From an uncultured Desulfobacter sp. (lineage in GTDB: Bacteria > Desulfobacterota > Desulfobacteria > Desulfobacterales > Desulfobacteraceae), in contig OY762069.1 in the NCBI GenBank assembly GCA_963665095.1, forward strand, positions 544,001-608,000: DNA of 64,000 bases. The letters run 5' to 3'. The stretch's first letter is position 1, and the number at the start of each line of letters is the position of its first letter. Positions 17,312-27,208 of the stretch are shown here, in pieces. The notes below the pieces were generated by a model. The model saw only the letters and a list, made by a program, of their open reading frames with translations. It did no database searches and had not been told where the DNA came from. The position numbers were made by a program, and so were the translations under genes.

Positions 17312-18682
17312 ATGGGAATCGGACGAACCATCCCCAGAAATTTTTTGGCAAACAACCCAAAGGCTGTGGAAGCCCACGGCATCTACATCTATGACGAACA
17401 TGGAAAAGATTATATTGACGGCTGCTCAGGTGCCCTGGTATCTAACCTGGGCCACGGCATGGATCAGATCATTGACGACATCACTTTCCAGATGAAACAT
17501 CTGGACTTTGCCCACCCCTCCCGGTGGAACCACAGCGCATGCCAGGATGCAGCAGACCAGATATGCGAACTGACCCCTGAAGGGATCAACTACTGCTGGT
17601 TTGTCTCCGGCGGTTCAGAGGCCGTGGAGTCTGCCGTTAAAATGGCCCGCCAGTATTTTGTGGAGCGGGACGGTAAAGACAGTTTAAAGCACAAGCTGAT
17701 CAGCCGGCACTGTTCCTACCATGGGGCCACCATCGGAACCATGTCCGTGGGCGGGATTTCCGGCAGAACAGAGGCGTTTCAGCCCCTGCTTAACCCTTCG
17801 GCCAAAATTCCGGCCACCTACACATACCGGAAACCGGATGGCATGACAACACAGGCGTTCAACCGGTTATGCATCTCATCCCTTGAGGAAAAAATTCTGG
17901 AGTTAGGCCCTGATCAGGTCATGGCCTTTATTGCTGAGCCCATTGTCGGATCTGCCGGAGGTGCCATTATGCCGGATGACGAATACTGGCCCGGTATCCG
18001 TAATATTTGTGATAAATACGATGTGCTGCTCATTGCCGACGAAGTCATGACAGGGTTCGGACGCACCGGTCGGGCCTTTGGTGTGGATCACTGGCAGGTG
18101 GTGCCCGATATCATTGCCTCTGCCAAGGGCATGGCGGCAGGGTATGTGCCCACCGGCGGCATCTTTGTCAAAGAGACCATTGTGGATGTGATCAGGCAGG
18201 GAAGCAGCCGCTTTATCCACGGTCACACCTACAATTCAAATCCTGTTTCCTGCCGGGCGGTTGCCAGTGTGCTGTCTTATATCAGAACCCATGACCTGAT
18301 TGAAAATGCAAGGATAAACGGGGCGCTTTTAGGAAAGGGGTTAAATGAAATTGCCCGGGAAAACCCCTATATCGGGGATGTCCGGGGGACAGGGTTCATG
18401 TGGGCCATGGAGATTGTTGCAGACAAGGAGAGCAAACAGCCTTTTGCCGTCTGTGAAAACGCAGGCGAACGGGCCTTGTCCGCCTGTCTTGATGCAGGCC
18501 TCATTGTTTACCCGGGCGGATGCCGCATCAACGGGGTGGACACCAGCATATTTCTGATCGCACCGCCGCTTGTGACCACTGCAGAAGAGGTTGATAAACT
18601 GTTAGATCGCCTGGGCACCGGGCTTAAGACCTTTTCAACCGATATGAGTGCCCTGCCGGTTCAGCGTTCCCGTGCTGTTTAA
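17312..18682 (+). CDS. Class III PLP-dependent aminotransferase
   Basis: SGGSEAVESA, SYHGAT, DEVMTGFGRTG, PDIIASAKG (PLP Lys), GHTY; start moved to ATG 17312. Confidence 0.93.
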   Translation: MGIGRTIPRNFLANNPKAVEAHGIYIYDEHGKDYIDGCSGALVSNLGHGMDQIIDDITFQMKHLDFAHPSRWNHSACQDAADQICELTPEGINYCWFVSGGSEAVESAVKMARQYFVERDGKDSLKHKLISRHCSYHGATIGTMSVGGISGRTEAFQPLLNPSAKIPATYTYRKPDGMTTQAFNRLCISSLEEKILELGPDQVMAFIAEPIVGSAGGAIMPDDEYWPGIRNICDKYDVLLIADEVMTGFGRTGRAFGVDHWQVVPDIIASAKGMAAGYVPTGGIFVKETIVDVIRQGSSRFIHGHTYNSNPVSCRAVASVLSYIRTHDLIENARINGALLGKGLNEIARENPYIGDVRGTGFMWAMEIVADKESKQPFAVCENAGERALSACLDAGLIVYPGGCRINGVDTSIFLIAPPLVTTAEEVDKLLDRLGTGLKTFSTDMSALPVQRSRAV

Positions 18683-18727
18683 GCTGAATCAGCCGGCCGT
18701 TGAACTGCCAGGTTCCTAATTTTATTT

Positions 18728-18764
18728 AGTGCCTGAACGCCCCTCCCGTGTTCGTTCAAACACT
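18728..18764. repeat. Minimal or degenerate copy of the GTGTTTG(G/A)ACG...CGTCCAAACAC hairpin repeat
   Basis: AGTGCCTGAACG...CGTTCAAACACT (10/12 inverted), same termini as the 54669 and 59267 elements. Confidence 0.45.
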
Positions 18765-18839
18765 GTTTATTTGCCGGGCCGTTTGCGGGTACACCGCAGG
18801 CGGTCCGGTTTTTTCGTTTGAATATCCGGGATATTGCTC

Positions 18840-18873
18840 TTGACAGCAATATAGTGGTTACTATAATAGTCAC
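18840..18873 (+). promoter_or_regulatory. azlC promoter with a palindromic operator over the -10
   Basis: TTGACA-16-TATAAT; GTTACTAT-A-ATAGTCAC at 18857-18873. Confidence 0.7.
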
Positions 18874-18898
18874 TAAATTGCATCTGGAGTGATAACGC

Positions 18899-19603
18899 AT
18901 GAAACAATCAGCCATCCGGGACGCCCTGAAAGCCGGTATCCCGATATTTATAGGTTATTTCCCCGCTGCGGTGGCCTTTGGCATTCTGGCCAAAACCACC
19001 GGGACCACACTGCTGGAAGCCATGTTGTTTTCCGTGGTGGTATTTGCCGGGGCCAGCCAGTTCATTGCCCTGAATCTTGTGGCCACGGGCATGGGGCCGG
19101 TGGGAATCATTCTTACCACCCTGCTGGTAAATTTCCGGCACTTTCTCATGAGTGCCTATCTGTCCACCCGGATAAAGGAAAAGGCAGTACGGTACTATTT
19201 TCCTATGGCGTTCGGGGTCACGGACGAAACCTTTTCCGTGCTTTCATTCACCCGGGGAGATCTGTCCAGGCAGTTTGTCATGGCCCTGGAACTCACCGCC
19301 TATTCCGGCTGGGTGTCAGGCACCCTGGCAGGGTATCTCATGGGCGGGTTCATGCCGGCCATTCTTACCCAGAGCATGGGCGTGGCCCTGTATGCCCTGC
19401 TCTTGGCCATTCTTATGCCCGAGCTGAAATCCTCTTTTCGTTCGCTGGTCCTAGGCCTGAGTTCCGGGCTTTTGAACTGGTTTCTGGTTACAGCAGATAT
19501 TCTGCCCAAAGGGTGGAGCATCATTGTCTGTATTCTGGTGGTGGCCTCACTGGGTGCCATGCTGACACAGGCCCCTTCCAACAAGGAGAACGTCCATGAA
19601 TAG
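18899..19603 (+). CDS. azlC: AzlC-family amino acid exporter permease
   Basis: VFAGASQF, LVNFRH, VTDETF motifs. Confidence 0.9.
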   Translation: MKQSAIRDALKAGIPIFIGYFPAAVAFGILAKTTGTTLLEAMLFSVVVFAGASQFIALNLVATGMGPVGIILTTLLVNFRHFLMSAYLSTRIKEKAVRYYFPMAFGVTDETFSVLSFTRGDLSRQFVMALELTAYSGWVSGTLAGYLMGGFMPAILTQSMGVALYALLLAILMPELKSSFRSLVLGLSSGLLNWFLVTADILPKGWSIIVCILVVASLGAMLTQAPSNKENVHE

Positions 19604-19901
19604 CTCGCTTGTTCCCTTAATTTTCGGCATGGCAGCCGTAACCTACGGTCCCCGGCTGATTCCCTTTCTTTTTTTCCGCAATGCTCAAATCCCCATGCGC
19701 CTGGATGCGTTTTTAAAATGTATTCCCGTGGCGGCCATCGGCGCTTTAATTATACCAAGTGCCTTTACTGCCACGCCGGACCTGCCCGTGGCCGGTGTTC
19801 TGGGAATGGGCTTTACCATGGTGTACGGCCTTTTTCGAGGCGGCATCATTGTGCCGGTGCTCGGGGCTGTGGGTGTCAGTTACCTTGTCATGAGCCTGTG
19901 A
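19596..19901 (+). CDS. azlD: AzlD-family membrane protein
   Basis: GMAAVTYGPRLIPF; overlaps azlC. Confidence 0.85.
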   Translation: MNSSLVPLIFGMAAVTYGPRLIPFLFFRNAQIPMRLDAFLKCIPVAAIGALIIPSAFTATPDLPVAGVLGMGFTMVYGLFRGGIIVPVLGAVGVSYLVMSL

Positions 19902-19932
19902 GTCCGGGTAGTGCATACCTGAAAGGCGTTTT

Positions 19933-20778
19933 ATGGAAAGATCCGATCACATCACCGAACATATGAAGGCTTTGGGGTTTTCAGTGTATGAATGCAAAGC
20001 CTATCTCGCGCTTCTCGAGGAGTTTCCCTTAAACGGGTATGCCCTGAGCAAGGCATCGGGTATTCCAAGATCCCGGATCTATGAGGTGCTGAAAAGTCTG
20101 ATCCAGAAACAGATGGTATTTGAACAGGATGACGGGAAAAATAAAACCTATACCCCCATGGATCCACAGATTTTCATCAAAAAATTAAAAGCGAAGTACA
20201 CCGGGATATTTGAGGATTTAACCGATTATGCCGGCACTCTGTACAGCGAACCCAAGCAGGATAACCGGCTGGTGGTGATTCAGGGCCGGGATAATATCAT
20301 CTCCTTTCTCAATGTCCTGATAAAAGGGGCAACACAGCGGGTGGCGGTCTCCATCTGGGACGAGGAGCTTGAGGAACTGACCGAGGAGCTGGATGCCGCC
20401 CTTTCAAGGGGGGTGAGGCTGCGCGGCATCTATTTCGGCAAAAAAAACGTATATAAGCACCTGGTGCCCCATCGCCGCATCCAGCGCTATATGGCGGAGA
20501 AAAAAGAGCGGTACCTCTCCGTGATAATTGACCGAACCCACGCCGTATCCGGCATTGTATCCAGGGGAGCACAGTCCAAAGCCACCTGGACCCGGGATGA
20601 AGGATTTATTGAGGTCAGCGAGGACTACATTGCCCACGACCTGGTGGTTAACCTCTACTCCGCCTCCCTGGACAGGGCTGCCTATGAAAAATTTGAGGCC
20701 TTTGCCGATAATGTCCATGATCAGTTTTTTCATTATTCCCAGAAGGAACGTGATATCTATTCAACACTGCTGGAATAG
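19933..20778 (+). CDS. TrmB-family transcriptional regulator
   Basis: LGFSVYECKAYLAL...SGIPRSRIYEVLKSL winged HTH. Confidence 0.9.
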   Translation: MERSDHITEHMKALGFSVYECKAYLALLEEFPLNGYALSKASGIPRSRIYEVLKSLIQKQMVFEQDDGKNKTYTPMDPQIFIKKLKAKYTGIFEDLTDYAGTLYSEPKQDNRLVVIQGRDNIISFLNVLIKGATQRVAVSIWDEELEELTEELDAALSRGVRLRGIYFGKKNVYKHLVPHRRIQRYMAEKKERYLSVIIDRTHAVSGIVSRGAQSKATWTRDEGFIEVSEDYIAHDLVVNLYSASLDRAAYEKFEAFADNVHDQFFHYSQKERDIYSTLLE

Positions 20779-20993
20779 TCAAAAAAAAGTTTTCAATCCT
20801 TTCGAATGATTTCAATCACGTATGTCTGTTTTATCTGTTGACAACAAATCATGAAGCATGATTATCTCCATCGCGCAGGTTGTGTTGCCCGGCCTGCGGC
20901 AATATTGCTGAAGACAGTTTTCCGGGGTGGGCAGGGCATGCATAGATCCCGGAACTGATGATGTCAACCTCCAATGCGTGGGACAGGTTATAA

Positions 20994-22583
20994 ATGAAGA
21001 TCGCTCTGGTTGCTCCGCCGTATCCGCTGGAAGAGGCACCGTCTCCGCCTCTGGGTATCTGCTATGTTGCTGCTGCCTGCCTCAGGGCAGGAGCGGATGT
21101 CAGGATTTTTGATTATATTGTCCGACAATACACCCCTGAAAATCTGGCCCGGGATATTGAGCAGTTTCAGCCCGATGTGCTGGGCACCACCGCTGTGACC
21201 ATGAATTACAAAAAAGCGGCTGACATCCTGGTCCAGGCCAAAAAAATCAAGCCGTCCCTGATCACCCTGTTCGGCGGTCCCCATGTCTCCTTTGATGTGG
21301 AAAACACATTGATGAATTATCCGGAAACTGATCTTGTGGTGATTGGCGAGGCGGAGAAAACTCTTGAAGAGCTGGTGCCCGTGCTTTTACAAAAAGCCTT
21401 GTGGCCAGCCATCCCCGGTATTGCCTTTTGCAGCAAAGGAAGTATCATCCGTACCGAACCAAGACCGCTCATTGAAAATCTTGATACGCTTCCCATGCCG
21501 GCCCGGCATCTTCTGCCCCTGTCCCGCTACCAGGCCTTAGGCTATCCCGTGAGCATCATCACCACCCGGGGATGCCCCAACAAATGCATCTTCTGTTTAG
21601 GACGTAAAATGGTGGGGTTCAAGGTCCGTCACCGGTCCATCCGGAAGGTGGTGGATGAGATTGAAAGCATCCTTGATTACGACATGCATTTTATTAATAT
21701 CGCCGACGACCTTTTTACAGTTAACAGAGCCCGGGTTCTTGAATTTTGCAACGAGGTGAAAAAACGGAACCTCTCCTTTTTCTGGAGTGTGTTTGCCAGG
21801 GTTAATACTGTGGATGCACAGATCCTCAATGCCATGAAGGCGGCTGGCTGTCATTCGGTCAGTTTCGGTATTGAATCAGGGAACAGCCAGATGCTGGCCC
21901 GGGTGCGCAAGGGCATCACCCTGGACCAGGCCCGGGCTGCGGTTGCAGCCTGCAAAGAGGCCGGCATCGTGGCCCATGGATCATTTCTGGCAGGCCTTCC
22001 CGGAGAGTCATGGGAAAGCCTGAACGATTCCAGACAGTTCAGTGAAGAGTTGAAAATTCAGTATGGATACCACTTTCTGGCACCGTTTCCCGGAACCACC
22101 ATTCGTGAAAATGCCCAGGCCTATGATATTGAAATCTTAAGCGATGACTGGGACCTGTACGATGCCGATCATGCCATTGTACAGACATCCCATCTTTCCG
22201 CACGTGATATTGAAAGTTTTGTCAACAATGCCGTGGCTCCCATCGTGAAAAGCTGGGAGGAGAAAGTGCAGCGGTTCCATGCGAAAGCGGTGAGCGGCGA
22301 AGAGTGGCTTCAGGTAGGCGGTCACTTCCGGACCCGGATGATTTTTGCCGTACTGAGCCGGGATCTGCTCGAAATCCATGGTGCCCATCCCGGGGATTTT
22401 GACCAGGCCCTTGACCGGCTTACAGCAAGAGTTGCGGAAGAATCGGAACTTGAATTCGGTTTTGTCCGGGAACAGCTTGCCGACCTGATCCGTAAAAATT
22501 ATATCCAGTCCAGGTCCCGTGACGGAAGCATCTCTTTCTTTTGGGGACATAACAATAAGACCGCTGTTTTTTTTGATTATTGA
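20994..22583 (+). CDS. B12-binding-domain radical SAM protein
   Basis: PPLGICYVAA, GGPHVS, VVIGEAE, TRGCPNKCIFC, FGIESG. Confidence 0.92.
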   Translation: MKIALVAPPYPLEEAPSPPLGICYVAAACLRAGADVRIFDYIVRQYTPENLARDIEQFQPDVLGTTAVTMNYKKAADILVQAKKIKPSLITLFGGPHVSFDVENTLMNYPETDLVVIGEAEKTLEELVPVLLQKALWPAIPGIAFCSKGSIIRTEPRPLIENLDTLPMPARHLLPLSRYQALGYPVSIITTRGCPNKCIFCLGRKMVGFKVRHRSIRKVVDEIESILDYDMHFINIADDLFTVNRARVLEFCNEVKKRNLSFFWSVFARVNTVDAQILNAMKAAGCHSVSFGIESGNSQMLARVRKGITLDQARAAVAACKEAGIVAHGSFLAGLPGESWESLNDSRQFSEELKIQYGYHFLAPFPGTTIRENAQAYDIEILSDDWDLYDADHAIVQTSHLSARDIESFVNNAVAPIVKSWEEKVQRFHAKAVSGEEWLQVGGHFRTRMIFAVLSRDLLEIHGAHPGDFDQALDRLTARVAEESELEFGFVREQLADLIRKNYIQSRSRDGSISFFWGHNNKTAVFFDY

Positions 22584-22723
22584 TTTTTCCAGACCAGAAT
22601 GGTTATCTCCCAAATGGTTTGTATTTTGAATTGATATGGTCCGCCCGGTTTGTGGCTTTATATGAAACATCGTCAATAAAGAGAGGCGGGAATTGTGACC
22701 GGGATGGATCAGGGGGAATGTAG

Positions 22724-23530
22724 GTGGAAAACAAGATGAGTCAGAAAGTCTGCATGGAGAATGTTGCTATTGTGCTCCATGATACCCGGGTCCCGGAGAA
22801 TATTGGCGCCGCAGCCCGGGCTGCTGCCAATATGGGGGTAGGGCAGCTGGTCCTTTCCGCCCCCAGAACGCTTGACATGGCGCGTATCCTCAAAGTGGCC
22901 ACCCACACCGCTTCAGGTCTGGTGGAGACCATGATGGTGTGCAATACACTTCCCGAGGCCCTCGGGCAGTTCACCTGGGTTGCCGGAACCACTGCCAGGC
23001 TTGGCGGTACGCGCCAGGTAAATGCCTCACCCGCTGAACTGGCAGAAAAGCTGATCCCCATTTCCCTGGAAAACCGGGTGGCCATTCTTTTCGGCCCTGA
23101 GGACCGGGGTCTGACCAATGAAAATCTGCGCCTCTGTCACGATCTTGTAACTATCCCCACTGCCGGGTTCTCTTCCCTCAATCTGGCCCAGGCTGTCATG
23201 GTCATGTGCTATGAACTGTTCAAAGCCCGCACCCGGGCACCGGAATACCACATCCCGCGCCTGGCCTGCCGGCATGAGCTGGAGAATATGTATAAAGAGC
23301 TGGAAGAGATCCTTGCCCGGATCCACTACATTAACCCGGAAAATCCGGAACACCGGCTTGACAAGGCCCGTGATTTTTTAAGCCGCTATCAGCTCAGATC
23401 CAGGGAGGTAAGTATTATCCGGGGAATCTGTCGCCAGGTGGCACAGTATGGCAGCGGGTGCTACCAGGATGGTGTAGCTGCGGGCGCTGCTCAGATGACT
23501 GACACCGGTTCACAGGAAAAGGATAATTAA
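22724..23530 (+). CDS. TrmJ/TrmH-family SPOUT RNA methyltransferase
   Basis: PENIGAAARA, LFGPEDRGLTNE, SLNLAQAV. Confidence 0.9.
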   Translation: MENKMSQKVCMENVAIVLHDTRVPENIGAAARAAANMGVGQLVLSAPRTLDMARILKVATHTASGLVETMMVCNTLPEALGQFTWVAGTTARLGGTRQVNASPAELAEKLIPISLENRVAILFGPEDRGLTNENLRLCHDLVTIPTAGFSSLNLAQAVMVMCYELFKARTRAPEYHIPRLACRHELENMYKELEEILARIHYINPENPEHRLDKARDFLSRYQLRSREVSIIRGICRQVAQYGSGCYQDGVAAGAAQMTDTGSQEKDN

Positions 23531-23577
23531 GTTGTAAACCAGGTTTGAGAATTTTGTGGCAGCTTACGAAAGGGCTT

Positions 23578-24750
23578 TTAACTAAGCGGTAGTAGCAGAT
23601 TTTTTTCCTTTGCCGGCCTCTTTGCATGGGATTTGATCTGCAGGGATTTGGGCCATTGGATTTCTACTTGTGTCAGGTCCTGGTCATCCGAAGTGACAAG
23701 ATTAATAAACCCGCGATGGGCCCTGACGGTGAGCATGGCCGAGTAGGTACCGATCCCTGTGCCGTTTTTTTTGCCCTCTGTTACAAATTTTTCAAAAAAG
23801 CGATCCTGGATGCTTTCGAACACAGAGCCCCGGTTCTCGATTACTATTAAAGGCTCTTTGTGACTGTTTAATCGCACTATAACAGGTTCCTGTCTGGGTG
23901 ATGCTTCCAGGGCATTGGTCACCAGGTTGCTCATCATGGTGTAAAAAAGCATCTGATCACAGAGGATCATAAATTTATCACCTTCACATCGTGGATGATC
24001 GTTAATAATGATCTGGACATCAAGTGCCATGCTCTGCATCAACTCATTATTTCCTAAAAGGATTTGATCCAGGATAGGCAGGATGTCGGTCTCCTCAATC
24101 TTAAGAGGATATGAACCGTTTTCCAGTTTATACAGGTTCAAAGACTGATTAAGCATGTTGAGCATGGTGTAGCAGATTTTTATCTGTTTATCTGCCATGG
24201 CCTTACGCTTTTCAAAGTCCATGACCGGATGAAGGGTCATCAACTGTGCCGTTGCCAGGATGACCTGAAGGGGATTTTTCAGGTCGTGCCGGGTTATCTG
24301 TTCCACCTGCGCTCTTAATCTAAGGTTTTCGCAAAGCACATCGTTCTGGCGTTTAAGCTCCTCTCTGGCCTGTGCAAGTTCCAGGTGGGTCTTTACCCGG
24401 GCTCTCACTACAGCAGGGCTGAAGGGCTTGGTGATATAGTCAACCGCGCCAAGTTCAAATCCGAGGGTTTCATCACATTCATCTGTCAGGCTGGTTACAA
24501 AAAGAATCAGGATATCCTTTAAACTGGGATCCCTTCTAATCCTCCTGCAGACTTCGTAACCGTCCATTTGCGGCATCAGGATATCCAGGATCACAAGGTC
24601 CGGCTTTTCTCTGTTGATTTCCTCAAGTGCCTGGATGCCCTCTGTGGCAACACTGATAAGGTAGGTATCTCCAAGGGCCTTTATAAGAATATCGATATTG
24701 GCTGGTGCATCGTCCACCACCAGTATTCGCTTTTCAGACAGGGGTGACAT
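23578..24750 (-). CDS. Cytoplasmic hybrid receiver-histidine kinase
   Basis: REC (ILVVDD, LDILMP, DYITKPF), H-box RHDLKNPL, N-box NLVTNALEAS, GTGIG. Confidence 0.9.
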   Translation of the reverse strand: MSPLSEKRILVVDDAPANIDILIKALGDTYLISVATEGIQALEEINREKPDLVILDILMPQMDGYEVCRRIRRDPSLKDILILFVTSLTDECDETLGFELGAVDYITKPFSPAVVRARVKTHLELAQAREELKRQNDVLCENLRLRAQVEQITRHDLKNPLQVILATAQLMTLHPVMDFEKRKAMADKQIKICYTMLNMLNQSLNLYKLENGSYPLKIEETDILPILDQILLGNNELMQSMALDVQIIINDHPRCEGDKFMILCDQMLFYTMMSNLVTNALEASPRQEPVIVRLNSHKEPLIVIENRGSVFESIQDRFFEKFVTEGKKNGTGIGTYSAMLTVRAHRGFINLVTSDDQDLTQVEIQWPKSLQIKSHAKRPAKEKNLLLPLS

Positions 24751-25143
24751 CTTATCTCCTGTTCGCAAATCCAGTTTTAATAGAATTTTTAATGAAATTT
24801 TCTTTAATGCATTGGAATGATGTTTATTTTGTTATATGCGAAGTTCTTGGCTAAATCAAGCTTTCTCCACAGACAGATACCATATATAACTGCGCTGACC
24901 AGTTGCATGAGCTGGAATCTACAGGTTGTGTAGCGCATTACAAATTTCATGTCCTGATTGCAGGAACCAAACATATGTAGTTTCGGATAGAAATGCTATC
25001 CACGTGGGACGCTGATGTCTTGACGATATATTTTACAATGCTGTTGACAATTTTGATTCTCTGGTAATACAACTTAACAGTTGTTTGACACGTCCTGTAG
25101 CGGGAAAAACAAAAAAATAATTTTCTGGTAAGGAGGAAAAACA

Positions 25144-25326
25144 ATGAGTACACCGCAGCATTGCCCTGGTTTTGAACAATTCAAAGATCTTAAATCCTTT
25201 AAATGTAGCTGTCCGAAATGCAACGCAGAAAAGGAGATTTTTTCGGACGAGTTCCAAAAGACCCATAAGTGTGATGCATGTGGGGAAGAGATTGATTTCA
25301 CCTCTTGCACCTACGAAGCTGGATAA
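25144..25326 (+). CDS. Small Cys-rich zinc-ribbon-like protein
   Basis: AAGGAGG RBS; CPG...CPKC...EIFSDE...CDACG. Confidence 0.8.
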   Translation: MSTPQHCPGFEQFKDLKSFKCSCPKCNAEKEIFSDEFQKTHKCDACGEEIDFTSCTYEAG

Positions 25327-25375
25327 CTTTTATGTGTGCCCCGGCGGCCAAGCTGCCGGGGCACAGCCTGAACCT

Positions 25376-25680
25376 GCCTGATTCCCATGATCAGAAGGCC
25401 TGCGTCTTCCTCATCAACCACCTTTAAAAGTTCCTTGAACGGAACACCGATTCTGAATTTGAGCTTGTAGCCGGCAGACGCGAGATTCAGGGTATTAAGT
25501 ATTTTGCTAAAATCATCTATACGGCACTCTTTTGTCTCTTTGACATATCTTTCCACGGTAATCTTTTCGGTATAGTGCCCGACCTCTCCCACCAGTTTCA
25601 GAACCCGCTGATTGATCACGTTGACAAATATCAATTTCGCGTTCAGTCCCCGGGAAAGTTCCAGGGCCGTCTGAACGGCG
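25376..25680 (-). pseudogene. Universal stress protein fragment lacking both ends
   Basis: ALELSRGLNAKLIFVNVINQR...RIGVPFKELLKVVDEEDAGLLIMG, then similarity stops; no start or RBS. Confidence 0.65.
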
Positions 25681-25979
25681 CCGGTTGTATAAGGTGACAG
25701 GCCGCATCCAACTTAAATGGTATTGATATTCATCAAGAAACTCCTTTATCAAAAGCGGTGAAAATAGCAGTCCCAAAGTGGATTGTTTCGTGTTAATTGT
25801 CAACGCAAACGCATGGGGTTGGAATAAAAAATTTGCAAAAGGTTATCTGCTTTATTCAGGATCGTAACGGGTTTGTTTTTCTGCTGTCTGAAGACCGGTA
25901 TGGACCGGGAGAATGAGCCATGTCTGTATTGGTTGGGCGGTTACCACGCTGTTTGTCAAAAGCATCTTAGCTTTTTTTC

Positions 25980-26370
25980 CGGGGGGACATCCGTGAGATT
26001 ATTGGAACCCGGGACAAGGAGGTGGTCATTGAAGCGGTGATCAGTGCCGGCTGGACCAAGAACCCTGTTTTCACCCGCAATCTGTTCTCCTTTCTGGGTC
26101 GGCGGAGCCTTTACCGGAATGGCAGCGGTCCAGGGGCTTATCAGCTACGGCCCTCAGGTGCCTGACGCCCTGGATGAGGCATTGTCCAATCTTTATCTCT
26201 CCTATCCCATCCGAAAGCAGCTGCCCGAGGTGATTGCCGCCTTCAACAACCAGAAGGCCGTGGATGTCCTCTCCCGGCATCGGGTGGATACCGATATTGG
26301 CATGCGCTACGAGGTGATCCGATCATTGAACAGGCTTAGGATCAGGTCCGGAGCCCTGATGTTTTATAAA
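25980..26370 (+). pseudogene. Frameshifted HEAT-repeat protein fragment
   Basis: DKEVVIEAVISAG in one frame, then AAVQGLISYG...IRKQLPEVI...MRYEVIRSLNRLR in another. Confidence 0.5.
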
Positions 26371-26571
26371 ACCGGCTTGCAAAAAATCAATGAAGATGGT
26401 TTATCTCCAATAAAGCAGAATTTTAAATTCAACCAACATTATTAAAAAACTGAACAGGTCAAACAAAGCATTGATAAAAATAAAAAAAGGAATTCCTCAC
26501 AGATTGGGAACAAAGACTTTGCAGATTCATAGTAAACATGCAACAAGAATATAAAGGTTCGGGGAAAAAGC

Positions 26572-27208
26572 ATGTACATTTCAAGAGTAAAACTGCGAAA
26601 TTGGCGGAACTTTACTAATGTTGATATCGACCTCAAAGAAACGGTCTATGTTATCGGTCCTAACGCTTCGGGTAAATCTAACCTGTTGGATATTTTCCGG
26701 TTCATGAGAGATATCGTTAATCCGAAAGGTGGCGGCCTTCAGCAGGCAATCGACACTCGAGGCGGGCTGAAAAAAATACGAAGTTTAGCAGCCCGTAAAC
26801 CGCCGTGGGTAGAATTGGAGTTTGAATTTCGAGAGGATTTGCAGACCATCGAAGGACCCTCAGAATGGCGCTATTTGCTTTTATCTGCACCTCGTACCTC
26901 AGCTTCTGAAATTCAGCGACCAGCTTTCTTTAAAACATATGGAATCAGATCCCTTTGGACAAGGACTTTTAGAGGAAATTTCAAAAACACAAAAGCGGAC
27001 ACGTGACTTTCGTCTTCGTTCAATTGAAAACATTCTTCTTAAAGTAATTCCAAATCTTGAACAGCTACGTTTTATAAAGGACGAGGCAACAGGAAGACCG
27101 CATCTTGAGATGCTAAATAATCACTGGCGGCCGAATGCAGGGTGGCAACGAGAAGACCAGTTTTCAGATGTTACATTAAGGCTCTTTGAAGCTGCACGCA
27201 ATGCATAA
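26572..27208 (+). pseudogene. AAA_21/ABC-type ATPase with internal deletion/frameshift and C-terminal truncation
   Basis: KLRNWRNF, Walker A GPNASGKSN; frame change near 26880 into YLHLVPQLL...FSDVTLRL (signature); no Walker B. Confidence 0.75.

Noticed and set aside
20895..20975. Fluoride riboswitch suggested by CTGATGATGTC
   Set aside because: The 5' GGnGATGG..CC pseudoknot half is missing and the downstream gene is not a typical target
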